NCBI GenBank assembly: GCA_001443375.1
Contig: LDXM01000006.1
Span: 18,133 to 82,132 of the forward strand
Reading direction: 5' to 3'
DNA from: Chloroflexi bacterium CSP1-4
Lineage (GTDB): Bacteria; Chloroflexota; Limnocylindria; Limnocylindrales; CSP1-4
Length of the DNA: 64,000 nucleotides
Shown here one piece after another: positions 8,988-19,371 of the stretch. Both the position numbers and the translations under genes were made by a program. The stretch's first letter is position 1, and each line of letters opens with the position of its first letter. The notes under the pieces were generated by a model. The model saw nothing but the letters and a program-made list of their open reading frames with translations, was not told where the DNA came from and searched no databases.

Positions 8988-10277
8988 TCAGCGCCGGACG
9001 CGCCCGATGGCCAACCGCTTCTTCCCGGCACGCACCACGAGCCACTCCCCGGCGATCGGGGTCACGGCCTCATCCGTGGCCGTCACGCGCCGCTCGTTGA
9101 GGGAGAGCCCGCCCTGGGCGATGGCACGCCGTACCTCGCCGCTCGAGGCGTAGAGGCCCGACGCGAGCGCCACGGCCAGCGCCCCGGCGCGCAGGGCCTC
9201 GTCGCCGATCTCGAAGCCCCCGAGCGCGGCGTGAAGGTCGGCCAGCACCGCCGGGTCCTCGATGGGCCCGCCGCCGCCAAAGGCTGCTTCGGCCACGTGC
9301 ACCTGGCGCTGCGCCTCGTCGTTGCCGTGGACGCGCGCGGTCAGGTCGAACGCAAATGCGCGCTGGCCCGGGCGGCGTTCCGGGTGGGCGGCCTGCTCGG
9401 CCTCGAGCGCTTCGACCTCCTCGCGCCCGAGCAGCGTCAGCCAGCGCAGCAGCGTGCTCACCATCGCGTCCGGCTGGTTGAGCAAGTACTGGTAGAAGTC
9501 GTACGGCCGCGTCAGCTCCGGGTCGAGGAAGACGGCGCCCTGCTCGGTCTTGCCCATCTTCTCGCCGCCCGGCGCGATCAGCAGCGGGCTGCACAGCGCG
9601 TACGCGGCTGGCTCCTCCCCCTCTTCACGCCCCTCGACGCGCCGGATCAGCTCCAGACCGGCAGTGATGTTGCCCCACTGGTCGGCGCCGCCCATCTGCA
9701 TCTCCACCCCGTGCTCACGGAAGAGGTGCAGGAAGTCGGCCGCCTGCAGGGTCATGTAGCTGAACTCGGTGAAGGAGAGTCCCGCCGCCATGCGCTGCTG
9801 GACGGATTCCTTGGACAACATGTAGGCGACGGTGAAATGCTTCCCGATGTCGCGCAGGAACTCGAGCAGCGACCATCGGCCCAACCAGGCGCGGTTGTCG
9901 AGCATGACCGCCCCGGCGGAGCCGGCGGAGAAGTCGAGGAAGCGCCCCAGCTGGGTGCGGAACCGCGCCCCGTTCGCGTCGAGCGTCGCATCGTCGAGGA
10001 GGTTCCGCTCGGCGCTCTTGCCCGTCGGGTCGCCGATCATGCCGGTGCCGCCGCCGATCAGGGCGACCGGCCGCCCTCCGGCCCGCTGGAGGTGCGTGAG
10101 CAGGAAGACCTGCACGAGATGCCCGACGTGCAGTGAGGGCCCGGTCGGGTCGAAGCCGACGTAGGCGCTGATCGGTCCGCGCGCGAGGCGGGTCTCGAGA
10201 CCGGCCGTGCGGTCCTGGATCAGGCCGCGCCAGCCGAGCTCCTCGATGAACCGGCGGGAGTCGAGGGGGGCGGGCAT
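8988..10277 (-). CDS. tyrS: tyrosine--tRNA ligase
   Basis: Class I aaRS with HIGH-type motif (HVGHL), KMSKS-type motif (KMGKT) and a C-terminal S4 domain. Confidence 0.9.
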   Translation of the reverse strand: MPAPLDSRRFIEELGWRGLIQDRTAGLETRLARGPISAYVGFDPTGPSLHVGHLVQVFLLTHLQRAGGRPVALIGGGTGMIGDPTGKSAERNLLDDATLDANGARFRTQLGRFLDFSAGSAGAVMLDNRAWLGRWSLLEFLRDIGKHFTVAYMLSKESVQQRMAAGLSFTEFSYMTLQAADFLHLFREHGVEMQMGGADQWGNITAGLELIRRVEGREEGEEPAAYALCSPLLIAPGGEKMGKTEQGAVFLDPELTRPYDFYQYLLNQPDAMVSTLLRWLTLLGREEVEALEAEQAAHPERRPGQRAFAFDLTARVHGNDEAQRQVHVAEAAFGGGGPIEDPAVLADLHAALGGFEIGDEALRAGALAVALASGLYASSGEVRRAIAQGGLSLNERRVTATDEAVTPIAGEWLVVRAGKKRLAIGRVRR

Positions 10278-10411
10278 CGGCGGGCGAGCGGACCTCGGTG
10301 CAGCGGCCTGGGCGGAACGACGCGATCCCGTCGCGCGTCACTACCGAGCGCGGGTCGCCGGCGCCCATGAGAACGGAACAGCCGGCTGAGTATGGTAGAG
10401 TCCCGGGCCGT

Positions 10412-13126
10412 ATGCAAACCAGCCTCGCGCGCCGCAACGCGCGTCGCCGCAACGGCGGCCGACGGCGCGGCGGAGGGGCGGCTCGTGCCGCCGCTGTCAT
10501 TCTCCCTCTGTTCCTCTTCGTCACCTTCGTCGCGGTCGCCGGCGTGGCCTTCGTGGGGGCCGTTTCGGCCTATGCGTTCTACAGCCGGGACCTGCCCGAC
10601 GCCACGGACCTCGAGAAGATCGCCTTCAACGAGCAGTCGATCATCTACGACCGCACCGGCATCGTGGAGCTGGCGCGCTTCGGCGACCAGCGGCGCGAGA
10701 CGGTCACCTTCAACGAGATCCCGCCCGTCCTGCTCGACGCCACGACGGCGGTCGAAGACCGGTCCTTCTGGACCAACACCGGCTTCGACCCGGTGGGCAT
10801 CGCCGCCGCGGCCGTCGCCACCCTGAGGGGCGACCCTCGCGGCGGGTCGACGATCACCCAGCAGCTCGTGCGCCAGCGGCTCCTCGACGCGACGCTGGTG
10901 CAGGACCCGGCGCGCACGGTCGAGCGGAAGATCAAGGAGATCATCCAGTCGGTGCGCGTCACGCAGGCCTACCCCGGCCTCGAGGGCAAACAGCGCATCA
11001 TCACCGCGTACCTGAACCAGAACTTCTACGGCAACAACGATTACGGCATCAAGGCAGCCGCGAAGGACTACTTCGCCGTGGCCGACCTCAAGGACCTGAC
11101 GCTGGTCCAGGCGGCCGTCCTGGCCGCCATCCCCAAGTCGCCCACGAGCTTCGACCTCGTCCGCAACGCCGTCGCCCAGGAGGACGGGACGCTCATCGTG
11201 CCGGCCGACACGGACATCGCCAGGCGCCGCAACCTCGTGCTCGACCTCATGGAGGAGGGGCGCACGCCGATCAGCGACGAACGCGGCATCCGCTACTCCG
11301 CCGCCGACTTCGACGAGGCCCGGGCGTCGCCGATCATCCTCGCCCCGCGTGCCGTGCCCACCTGGAAGGCGCCGCACTTCGTGTGGCAGGTGCGCGAGCA
11401 GCTGACGTCGGTCCTCTGCGATCCCGGGGCCGGGACCTGCCCGGCCCTCGAGCACGGCGGCCTCAAGATCATCACCACCCTCGACTGGCGCCTCCAGGTG
11501 CTCGGCGAGCGTTGGGTCAGGGCCGCCGCCATCCTGCCCCACGCCAAGGATCCCGAGGCCTACGCGGCGAAGATCGGCGTCAAGTACCAGTCCTGGATGG
11601 CCAAACTGCGGACCAAGAACGTCTTCAACGGCGCGCTGGTCGCGATGGACTACGAGACCGGCGAGATCGTCGCCTACGTCGGATCGGCCGACTACTACGC
11701 GACCAAGGCCACGAAAGAGTTCCAGCCGCAGTTCGACGTCCTCGCCGACGGCTGGCGCCAGCCGGGCTCGGCCTTCAAGCCGTTCAACTACGTGACGGGC
11801 ATCGACGATCGCACGATCACCGCGGCGACGATGCTCATGGACGTCACGACGAACTTCGCCGCCAGCGGCAAGGAGTACGTGCCCACCGACTTCGACAACC
11901 TCGAGCGCGGTCCGGTCCGCGTCCGCAGCGCCCTGCAGTTCTCGCTCAACATCCCCTCCATCAAGACCCTCGCCTACAACGGCATCGACCACGTCTTCGA
12001 GGCGTCCAAGAAGATGGGCCTGCGCTTCCAGCGTGAGCGCACCGATGCCGGACTCTCGATGGCCATCGGGACGGTCGAGACGCATCCCGTGGATCTCGTG
12101 ACCGGCTACGCGACGATCGCCAACGGCGGTCGGTACATCGGCCACACGGCGATCCTGCGGGTGCTCGACGCGCAGGGGAAGGACGTCGTCTCGCCCTACA
12201 CCCCCCCGGCCGGGGAGCAGAGCGTCAGCCCGCAGGCGGCCTACATCATGACTGACATCCTCGAGGGGAACACCGACCCGAAGATCAACCCCTTCTGGGG
12301 CAAGTTCAACATCCTCGACAAGGACGGGAAGCGGCGGCCGGCGGCCCTCAAGACCGGTACCAACAACGACGCCAAGGACCTCAACGCTTACGGCTACATC
12401 GCGCCGCCCACGGCCGAGGGGCGCAAGCGCGGCGAGTACGCCCTCGCGGTGGGCGCCTGGAACGGCAACAGCGACAACACCGAGGTGAGTACGCCGCGCA
12501 ATCCGGTCTTCTCGCTCGACGTGCCGGCGCCCGTGTGGCAGGGCTTCCTGGTGCAGGCGACCAAGCAGTGGGAGATCCGCGATTTCGTGCGGCCCACGGG
12601 CATCACCGAGGCGACCGTGGATGCCTTCACCGGCATGGCGCCGGGCGCGTTCACGACCAGCACGATCGAGGAGCTGTTCATCGAGGGCACCGAGCCGCGC
12701 ATCCCCGACGACACGAAGTTCGCCCTCCAGATCGAGGAGGAGTCCGGGCTGCTGTGGGCCGAGGGCTGCAGCGGCACGCCGGTCACCCGCGGCTTCCTGG
12801 ACCTGTCTCGCGTGGAGTCGGCCTTCCCGCTCTGGCAGGAAGCGAACCGGGGCTGGATCGAGCGCGCGAAGCAGGGCCCCGGCGTCCGTGGCGGTCCCAA
12901 GGGCACCCGTACGACCTACTTCTACAATCTCGGCTACCACCCCTACGGCTCCACCTGGGGCGCCCCGTTCCCGCCCACAGAGACCTGTGTTCCTGCCCCC
13001 TCCCCGCTCCCGCCCGACACGCCGTTCCCGCCCGACACGCCGCTCCCGACCGACGCGCCACAAGCGAAGCACACGCCGAAGCCGAGGCCCACCGCGATCC
13101 CCGCACCGACGCCCGCCCCGACCTGA
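10412..13126 (+). CDS. class A penicillin-binding protein (bifunctional glycosyltransferase/transpeptidase)
   Basis: Arg-rich cytoplasmic N-terminus, one TM helix, GT51 motifs (EDRSFW, GGSTITQQL) and a transpeptidase domain. ATG 10412 is the first start clear of divergent tyrS. Pro-rich C-terminal tail. Confidence 0.85.
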   Translation: MQTSLARRNARRRNGGRRRGGGAARAAAVILPLFLFVTFVAVAGVAFVGAVSAYAFYSRDLPDATDLEKIAFNEQSIIYDRTGIVELARFGDQRRETVTFNEIPPVLLDATTAVEDRSFWTNTGFDPVGIAAAAVATLRGDPRGGSTITQQLVRQRLLDATLVQDPARTVERKIKEIIQSVRVTQAYPGLEGKQRIITAYLNQNFYGNNDYGIKAAAKDYFAVADLKDLTLVQAAVLAAIPKSPTSFDLVRNAVAQEDGTLIVPADTDIARRRNLVLDLMEEGRTPISDERGIRYSAADFDEARASPIILAPRAVPTWKAPHFVWQVREQLTSVLCDPGAGTCPALEHGGLKIITTLDWRLQVLGERWVRAAAILPHAKDPEAYAAKIGVKYQSWMAKLRTKNVFNGALVAMDYETGEIVAYVGSADYYATKATKEFQPQFDVLADGWRQPGSAFKPFNYVTGIDDRTITAATMLMDVTTNFAASGKEYVPTDFDNLERGPVRVRSALQFSLNIPSIKTLAYNGIDHVFEASKKMGLRFQRERTDAGLSMAIGTVETHPVDLVTGYATIANGGRYIGHTAILRVLDAQGKDVVSPYTPPAGEQSVSPQAAYIMTDILEGNTDPKINPFWGKFNILDKDGKRRPAALKTGTNNDAKDLNAYGYIAPPTAEGRKRGEYALAVGAWNGNSDNTEVSTPRNPVFSLDVPAPVWQGFLVQATKQWEIRDFVRPTGITEATVDAFTGMAPGAFTTSTIEELFIEGTEPRIPDDTKFALQIEEESGLLWAEGCSGTPVTRGFLDLSRVESAFPLWQEANRGWIERAKQGPGVRGGPKGTRTTYFYNLGYHPYGSTWGAPFPPTETCVPAPSPLPPDTPFPPDTPLPTDAPQAKHTPKPRPTAIPAPTPAPT

Positions 13127-13150
13127 TCGGGGGCTCGCCTGCGGGGACGC

Positions 13151-15544
13151 CTAGAGCAGGACGATGCTGGCGCCGTCGCCGCCCTCGCCGCGCTCACCCG
13201 GCCGCCACTCCTTCACCAGCGGGTGCCCCGACAGGAGTGCGCGGACCGCGTCGCGCAGCGCGCCCGAGCCATGGCCGTGCACGATCGTCAGGCGCACGGC
13301 GCCGGCGACCGCGGCCTGGTCCAGATAGCGGTCGAGGGTCTCGAGCGCCTCGTCCACCCGCGCCCCTCGCAGGTCGAGCGTGGCCTGGACGCCACGCGGC
13401 GGTGCCTCCCGCGTCGGGCGCGCGGCCCCCAGAGCACCCCGCCGGCCGGATCGTGGCTCGGCGGCGACGACCACTCCGTCGGCGCGCGCCGGCGTCGCCG
13501 CGCCGGTCGGTGCCACGAGGTCCGCCACCTCCACGGCGACGCGCATCCCGCCGGCCTCGAGCGTCGCCCGGCGGCCGTCCTTCTCGATCACGGCGATCCG
13601 GCCCTCCCACCCACCGCTCCCGCTGCGTGCGTGCATGCCGACACGCCAGGCCGGGGCCACCGCCTGCGCGGCCGATTCGGGGCGTGAGCGGGCTCGTCGC
13701 GGGGCGGGGATGGCCGCCAGGCGTCGGTCCAGCGCCGCGTCGAGGGCATCGAGCCGCTCCACGGTGAGCGCGCCGCGCTCGAGTGCAGCCCGGGTGACGC
13801 GGATCTCCTCACGCACGGCGGCCAGCGCCCGATCCGCCTCTTCGCGGGCGCTCATGAAGGCGTCGTCGCGCTCGCGGCGCGCTCGCGCCCGCTCGATCTC
13901 GGCGGCCTGTTGCGCCTCGCGCGCCCGGGCCTCGGCCAGACGGGCACGCTCGGTGGCAGCGTCGGCCGCTTCCCCCGCCTCGCGGATGCTGGCCAGCGTC
14001 GCCTCGAACTCGACCTGCGCCCGCGAGAGGCGCGAGCGGGCGTCGGCGACGAGGTCAGCCTGCAGTCCCAACCGCTCGGCGATGGCGAAGGCCTGGCTGG
14101 TGCCCGGCAGCCCGATCGTGAGACGGTATGTCGGGCTGAGCGTCTCGAGGTCGAACTCGACCGCGGCGTTGCGCGCCGCCGGGGTGTTGTGCGCGTACGT
14201 CTTCAGCTCCGCGTAATGGGTCGTGGCGGCCACGAGCGCCCCGGCGCGGATGAAGTGATCGAGCAGCGACTGGGCCAGTGCCGAACCCTCGGTCGGGTCG
14301 GTACCGGCGCCCAGCTCATCGAGGAGTACCAGGCAGCCCAGCCCGGCCGAGGCGACGATGCGCACGATCGAGCGCAGGTGCCCGGAGAAGGTGGACAGGG
14401 ACTGCGCCACCGACTGCTCGTCGCCGATGTCGGCGAAGATGTCACGGAAGACGGGTAGCCGGCTACCGGTCGCGGCGGGCACGTGGAGCCCCGCCTGGTG
14501 CATGAGGGCCAGCAGGCCGAGCGTGCGCAGCGCGACCGTCTTGCCGCCCGTGTTGGGCCCGGTGATGACGAGCGCGGTGTAGTCGCCGCCGAGCCGGACG
14601 TCGATGGGTACCACGCGCCCCGTCAACCCGGGATGACGGGCCCCGAGGAGTTCGACCTCGGGGACGGTCGCCGTCTCCGCGCGCACGCCGTCGAGCTCGC
14701 CGGCCAGGCGCGCCTTGGCCGACCAGAAGTCGAAGTCGGCAAGCGCGCCGAGGGTCGCGCGGAGCGCCGCGGCCTGCGCGCCCACCAGCGCCGAGAGCTC
14801 GTCGAGGACCCGCTCCTCCTCGACCTGCACGGCCAACTGGGCTTCGCGCCAGGCGTTGCCCAGCTCCACCACGGCGAGCGGCTCGATGAACAGGGTCTGG
14901 CCGCTGCCCGACTGGTCGCGCACGATGCCCTTCACCCGGCCCTTCGCCTCGGCGCGCACGGGGATGACGTAGCGGCCGTCGCGCAGCGTGACGATCGGCT
15001 CCTGCAGGGCGCCGGAGAACTCCGCGCCGTGGACCATCTGCTCGAGGCGTGAGCGCAACCGCTCGTAGGCGACGCGCACCGCGCGACGCAGCCCGCCCAG
15101 CGCCGGCGAGGCCGAGTCGAGCATCTCGCCCGCCGGATCGAAGCTCGTCTCCAGGCGCAGCCGCAGGTTCGGCAGCGGCTGGATGCGCCGGCCGAGCTCG
15201 CGCAGCAGCGGTCGCCGCTCGTCGCCCAGCGCGTCGGCGAGGCGCGTCGCCGCCTCGAGCGTGACCATCACGTCCACCAGCTGCGCCGCCTCGAGCCGCC
15301 CGGCCCGGGCAGCCCGCTCGATGGCCGGCCCGATGTCGCGCGCGCCACCGATGCCCACGCCGGGCCGCTCCGCGAGGAGTCCGCGGGCCTGGTCCGTCTC
15401 ATCGAGGCCCCGCCCCACGATGACCGGCTCCGGGCTCGGGCTCAGCGCATCGGCAAGCCGGCGGCTGGGCCCGAAGCTCGTGTTCGCCGCCAGCCGCTCG
15501 CGGACCTGTGGGAATTCCAGCAGCGCCTGGGACTTGGTGTCCAC
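13151..15544 (-). CDS. mutS2: endonuclease MutS2
   Basis: MutS domain with Walker A (GPNTGGKT) and a C-terminal Smr domain (LDLRGARVDEALE...TIVHGHGSGALR). Confidence 0.9.
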   Translation of the reverse strand: MDTKSQALLEFPQVRERLAANTSFGPSRRLADALSPSPEPVIVGRGLDETDQARGLLAERPGVGIGGARDIGPAIERAARAGRLEAAQLVDVMVTLEAATRLADALGDERRPLLRELGRRIQPLPNLRLRLETSFDPAGEMLDSASPALGGLRRAVRVAYERLRSRLEQMVHGAEFSGALQEPIVTLRDGRYVIPVRAEAKGRVKGIVRDQSGSGQTLFIEPLAVVELGNAWREAQLAVQVEEERVLDELSALVGAQAAALRATLGALADFDFWSAKARLAGELDGVRAETATVPEVELLGARHPGLTGRVVPIDVRLGGDYTALVITGPNTGGKTVALRTLGLLALMHQAGLHVPAATGSRLPVFRDIFADIGDEQSVAQSLSTFSGHLRSIVRIVASAGLGCLVLLDELGAGTDPTEGSALAQSLLDHFIRAGALVAATTHYAELKTYAHNTPAARNAAVEFDLETLSPTYRLTIGLPGTSQAFAIAERLGLQADLVADARSRLSRAQVEFEATLASIREAGEAADAATERARLAEARAREAQQAAEIERARARRERDDAFMSAREEADRALAAVREEIRVTRAALERGALTVERLDALDAALDRRLAAIPAPRRARSRPESAAQAVAPAWRVGMHARSGSGGWEGRIAVIEKDGRRATLEAGGMRVAVEVADLVAPTGAATPARADGVVVAAEPRSGRRGALGAARPTREAPPRGVQATLDLRGARVDEALETLDRYLDQAAVAGAVRLTIVHGHGSGALRDAVRALLSGHPLVKEWRPGERGEGGDGASIVLL

Positions 15545-16207
15545 TCAGCCGCTCCGCGGAAAGGGGCGCGACAGCGAGGCGTGATCGCGCACGCCGAAGC
15601 GCCAGGGCCGGTCGGACCAGCCGGCGCCGGCATAGGCGACGCCGACACGCGCGGCAGCCGCCACACCGTCGGCCAGCAGCGCCTCCCGCATGCCCGCCGC
15701 CGGCGCCGCCAGCCAGAGCGGCCCGGGAGCCGTGAGGTCGGCGCCGTCGAGCTCGAGGCCGATGCCGAAGGCCGCCCCGACGTTGCCCGGGCCCGCCGCC
15801 AGCCGTGCCCGCGGCGGTGCTGTCCGAGCGGGGGGCGTCCGGCGGACAGCCAGGGCCACGATGCCCTCGAGCGGAGCCACCGCCCGCACCAGCACGGCGC
15901 CCACCCCACCGTCAGCGGCGCCCACGACGTTCAGGCATGTGTGCAGTCCGTACACGCGGTAGACGTAGGCGTGGCCCGGCGGCCCGAACATCGCCGCGTT
16001 CCGCCGGGTCGGCCCGGCGCGGGCGTGGCTGGCGCGATCCGCGGGACCGCCGTATGCCTCCGTCTCGACGATCACGCCGACGCTCGCGGTGCCGTCCTCC
16101 CAGCGCCGCACGAGGCGCACGCCGAGGAGGGCCACCGCCAGCTCGATGGTCGGGCGCGTGAAGAAGGACCGCGGCAGCGGAGAGAGGCCGGTCCTCGACT
16201 CGTGCAT
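15545..16207 (-). CDS. DNA-3-methyladenine glycosylase (MPG/AAG family)
   Basis: VETEAYGG...HAYVYRVYGLHTCLNVV matches the MPG family. Start placed at the internal ATG 16207. Upstream part of ORF 15545..16888 overlaps cvpA in another frame. Confidence 0.75.
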   Translation of the reverse strand: MHESRTGLSPLPRSFFTRPTIELAVALLGVRLVRRWEDGTASVGVIVETEAYGGPADRASHARAGPTRRNAAMFGPPGHAYVYRVYGLHTCLNVVGAADGGVGAVLVRAVAPLEGIVALAVRRTPPARTAPPRARLAAGPGNVGAAFGIGLELDGADLTAPGPLWLAAPAAGMREALLADGVAAAARVGVAYAGAGWSDRPWRFGVRDHASLSRPFPRSG

Positions 16208-16245
16208 CCCGGTCGCGCGCCCGTCGGGCCGCGCATCGGCGGGGC

Positions 16246-16827
16246 TCAGCCGAGGACGAGCTGTCGGATCTCGCCCGGGATGAACGGGGCGAGCACCGCC
16301 AGGACGAACGGCACGATCGTGTCCCGGACCCAGCCGCCGACGACCGAATCGACGAGGGCGGTGTGCAGTCCCGTGACCCAGGAGACGTCGACGATCCCCT
16401 GGAGTGGGCGCCCGGCGTAGAAGGTGTCGAGGCCGATGATCGCACCGGCGACCAGGAGCAGGGCGACGGCCAGCATGAGGAACCCGCCCAGGACTTCGTC
16501 GAGGATCGGCCAGCGGCCGAGCAGCGGGGCGCGCTTGGTGAAGACGGCGACGGCAATGCTGGCCAGCACGAGGGCGACCGTGAAAGCGATGCCGAAGGCC
16601 AGCATCTCGCTGTACCCGGTCTCGAACTGCGTCCAGTAGCCCGACAGCCAGGTGCCCAGGGGCTGCCACAGGTTCGCCGCCAGGACGAAGGCGAAGGCCC
16701 ACGTGCCGAACACCATCAGGCCGCGCGTCACGCCCTGGAAGAAGCCGAAGACGAACGCCGCGGCGAAGAACAGCAGGAGGAGGATGTCCGCTGCGGTCAT
16801 GCTCTGGACGAGACCGACGATGTCCAT
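16246..16827 (-). CDS. cvpA: CvpA family membrane protein
   Basis: 193 aa with four predicted TM helices and CvpA-like organisation. Confidence 0.65.
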   Translation of the reverse strand: MDIVGLVQSMTAADILLLLFFAAAFVFGFFQGVTRGLMVFGTWAFAFVLAANLWQPLGTWLSGYWTQFETGYSEMLAFGIAFTVALVLASIAVAVFTKRAPLLGRWPILDEVLGGFLMLAVALLLVAGAIIGLDTFYAGRPLQGIVDVSWVTGLHTALVDSVVGGWVRDTIVPFVLAVLAPFIPGEIRQLVLG

Positions 16828-16905
16828 GACGACTCCGTGTTCGGGGACTCGGTGGCCTAGCGTAGCAGCGCGTCATCCCCACGGGCAACAGACCCGGACC
16901 GGCCC

Positions 16906-19371
16906 TCAGGACCGCAGACGCGCCCCGAGACGTTCGCCCAGGGCGGTCACGACGCCGGCGACGATGGCCTCGATCTCGGCGTCGGTGAGCGTCCGGCCGG
17001 CCTGCAGGCGCAGCCGATAGGCGAGGCTCGACTCCTCCGCCCCCAGCGGCGCGCCCCGGTAGCGATCGAAGAGCCGGACGTCGCGCAGCATCGGCCCGGC
17101 CGCGTCGCGGATGACCGCCTCGACCGCGCCGGCGGGCACATCGTCGCCCACGACCACCGCCAGGTCACGCTCGACGGCCGGTACGCGAGCCAGGGGCACG
17201 AGCCGGCGCACGGCTGGCACGGCCCCCAGCAGCGCGGCTACGTCCACCGTCGCGAAGGCCGCTCGGCTCGCCCGCGCGTCGACGGCGGCCAGGAGTCGCG
17301 GATCCAGCTCGCCGGCACGCCCCACCTCGGCACCTGACGACACGAGGCGAAGGAGCGCCGTCCGACCCGGGTGCTCGACGGTGGGCAACGACGCGGTCGT
17401 CTCGGCCACGAGGCGTCCGGCGCCTGCGCGGTCCACCAGCCAGGCCAGGAGGCCCACGACATCGGCCATCTCCGCGCCGCGGGCAGCCTGGTCCCAGGCC
17501 CCGGGCACCCAGTCCCCGGCGAGCAGGATGCCGAGCACGAGCGACTCGACCGGTGCGCCGTCCCGGAAGCGATGGATCGACCCGACCTCGAACAGGGCCA
17601 CGTCATGCCGGCGCTGGTGCTCGTTCTCGATCAGGACCCGCAGGAGCCCCGGCAACAGCGAGCGGCGAAGCTGCGAGTGCTCCAGGGAGACCGGGTTCGC
17701 GACGCGGATCGTGGCCGGGTCGTCGGCGGCAAGGCCGAGCCGGCCGTGGTCTTCGGGCCCGATCAGCGCATGGGTCACGACCTCGTCGAGGCCTCGACCG
17801 GCGAGCAGCTCGCGCAGGTCGTCGAGACCGCGGCGCGGGTCGGGACGGTAGCCGGGCATCGAGCTCGCCGGCCGCTCGCCGGGGATCGTCTCGTAACCGC
17901 GTACGCGGGCGACCTCCTCGATGAGGTCCGTCTCGATCGCGATGTCGCGGCGGTGACCGGGGACGATGGCCACGAGCGCCGCAGCCGCCGAGACCGCGTC
18001 GAGTGCCATCAGGTCGGAGCTTCTGGCGATGGGCACCAGGTCGCCTGCCACCGCGCCCTCGGTGGCGATCCCGACGCGCGCGAGCAGCGCCTGCTGCTCG
18101 TCAGCGGTCACGTCCACGCCGAGCAGGCGGCCGACGCGGGACGGCCGGAACGGGACCCGGCGCGGCGGCGGCTCGACGGGGTCGGTGTCCACCACGCCGC
18201 GCGCCACGCGCCCGCCGGCCCAGGCCGCGATGAGCTGCGCCGTGCGGTCCGCGCCCAGGCGGGCGAGGCGATGCTCCTGGCCCTTCTCGAAGCGCAGGCT
18301 GGCCTCGCTGCGCAGGCCGTAGCGCTGCCCGGTGCGGCGGATGCTGACCGGATCGAAGATGGCCGACTCGATGACGATGGCCGTCGTCCCCTCGCCGACC
18401 TCGCTCGCGGCGCCGCCCATGACCCCGGCGATGGCCAGCGGTCCCGTCCGGTCCGCGATGAGCAGCGTGTCGGTCGTCAGCTCGCGCACGACGTGGTCGA
18501 GCGTCTCCAGCCGCTCGCCGGCGCGGGCGTGGCGCACGATGAGGCGGCCGCCCGCAACGGCGGCGGCATCGAAGGTATGGATCGGCTTGCCCAGCTCGAG
18601 CATGACGTAGTTGCTCGCGTCCACGACGTTCGAGATGGGGCGCATCCCGGCCGCCATCAGCCGCAGCTGGACGTCGAGCGGCGAGGGGCCGATGGCCACG
18701 CCATCCATCCAGCGCCCGACGAACCGGGGACAGAGGGCCGGGTCCTCGACCTCGACGACCAGGTGGGAAGCCGCCTCGTCGCCACTCTCCGCGACGTCGA
18801 TCGCGGGCCAGCGCACCATGGCGCCGGTGGCCGCGGCCACCTCGCGGGCCAGCCCCAGCAGCGACAGCGCATCGCCGCGGTTCGGCTTGACGTCCACGTC
18901 GAGCACGACATCGCCATAGACGTCCGCGAGTCGCGCTCCCAGCGGCGTGCCGGCGGGCAGGATGAGGATCCCCTCGGCGTCGGTCGTCAGGCGCAGCTCG
19001 TCGCCGGAGCAGAGCATGCCTTCGCTGACCACGCCCATCTTCGTCGTGCGCTCGATGCGCCGCTCGCCAGGCAGCATCGCACCGGGCAGGGCGACCGGGA
19101 CGCGCTGTCCCGGGGCGATGTTCGTGGCGCCGCAGACGATGGACAGCACGCCGCCGCCACCGTCCACGCGGACCCTCGTCAGCGAGAGCCGGTCGGCGTT
19201 GGGATGCGGCTCCACGGCCAGCAGCTCCCCCACTACGACATCGCGCCAATCGTCGCCGCGGCGCTCGATGCCCTTGACCTCCATGCCCAGCAGCGTCAGG
19301 CGCTCGGCGAGGGCCTCCGGGCTGAGGTCGACGTCGACGTACTCGCGCAGCCACGACAGCGGGACGCGCAT
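16906..19371 (-). CDS. pheT: phenylalanine--tRNA ligase beta subunit
   Basis: MRVPLSWLREYVDV N-terminus with tRNA-binding, B3/B4, B5 and FDX-ACB domains. ATG 19371 overlaps the pheS stop. The extra 191 aa in the ORF track overlap pheS and are rejected. Confidence 0.9.
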   Translation of the reverse strand: MRVPLSWLREYVDVDLSPEALAERLTLLGMEVKGIERRGDDWRDVVVGELLAVEPHPNADRLSLTRVRVDGGGGVLSIVCGATNIAPGQRVPVALPGAMLPGERRIERTTKMGVVSEGMLCSGDELRLTTDAEGILILPAGTPLGARLADVYGDVVLDVDVKPNRGDALSLLGLAREVAAATGAMVRWPAIDVAESGDEAASHLVVEVEDPALCPRFVGRWMDGVAIGPSPLDVQLRLMAAGMRPISNVVDASNYVMLELGKPIHTFDAAAVAGGRLIVRHARAGERLETLDHVVRELTTDTLLIADRTGPLAIAGVMGGAASEVGEGTTAIVIESAIFDPVSIRRTGQRYGLRSEASLRFEKGQEHRLARLGADRTAQLIAAWAGGRVARGVVDTDPVEPPPRRVPFRPSRVGRLLGVDVTADEQQALLARVGIATEGAVAGDLVPIARSSDLMALDAVSAAAALVAIVPGHRRDIAIETDLIEEVARVRGYETIPGERPASSMPGYRPDPRRGLDDLRELLAGRGLDEVVTHALIGPEDHGRLGLAADDPATIRVANPVSLEHSQLRRSLLPGLLRVLIENEHQRRHDVALFEVGSIHRFRDGAPVESLVLGILLAGDWVPGAWDQAARGAEMADVVGLLAWLVDRAGAGRLVAETTASLPTVEHPGRTALLRLVSSGAEVGRAGELDPRLLAAVDARASRAAFATVDVAALLGAVPAVRRLVPLARVPAVERDLAVVVGDDVPAGAVEAVIRDAAGPMLRDVRLFDRYRGAPLGAEESSLAYRLRLQAGRTLTDAEIEAIVAGVVTALGERLGARLRS

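Noticed and set aside
10278-10411. tyrS leader inspected for a T-box
   Set aside because: No AGGGUGGNACCGCG-like sequence or terminator hairpin with U-tract was found. It is only a TATGGT -10-like hexamer for the divergent PBP gene.
12985-13060. Short tandem nucleotide repeats considered as a possible CRISPR or mini-satellite
   Set aside because: Only about 2.5 units of 18 nt lie inside a coding region and encode a Pro-rich tail. There are no spacers and no cas genes. It is not a CRISPR array.
7645-13072. ORFs 7645..9045 (-), 8121..10136 (+, 671 aa) and 10220..13072 (-, 950 aa)
   Set aside because: They overlap hisF/hisIE/tyrS/PBP in other frames or on the opposite strand. Their translations are Arg/Gly/Asp repeats without domain signatures. 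The real genes here have clear family motifs.
15545-16888. 447-aa ORF fusing the MPG glycosylase with 227 upstream residues
   Set aside because: The upstream part overlaps cvpA in a different frame and is Arg/Pro-rich junk. The glycosylase homology begins at the internal ATG 16207.
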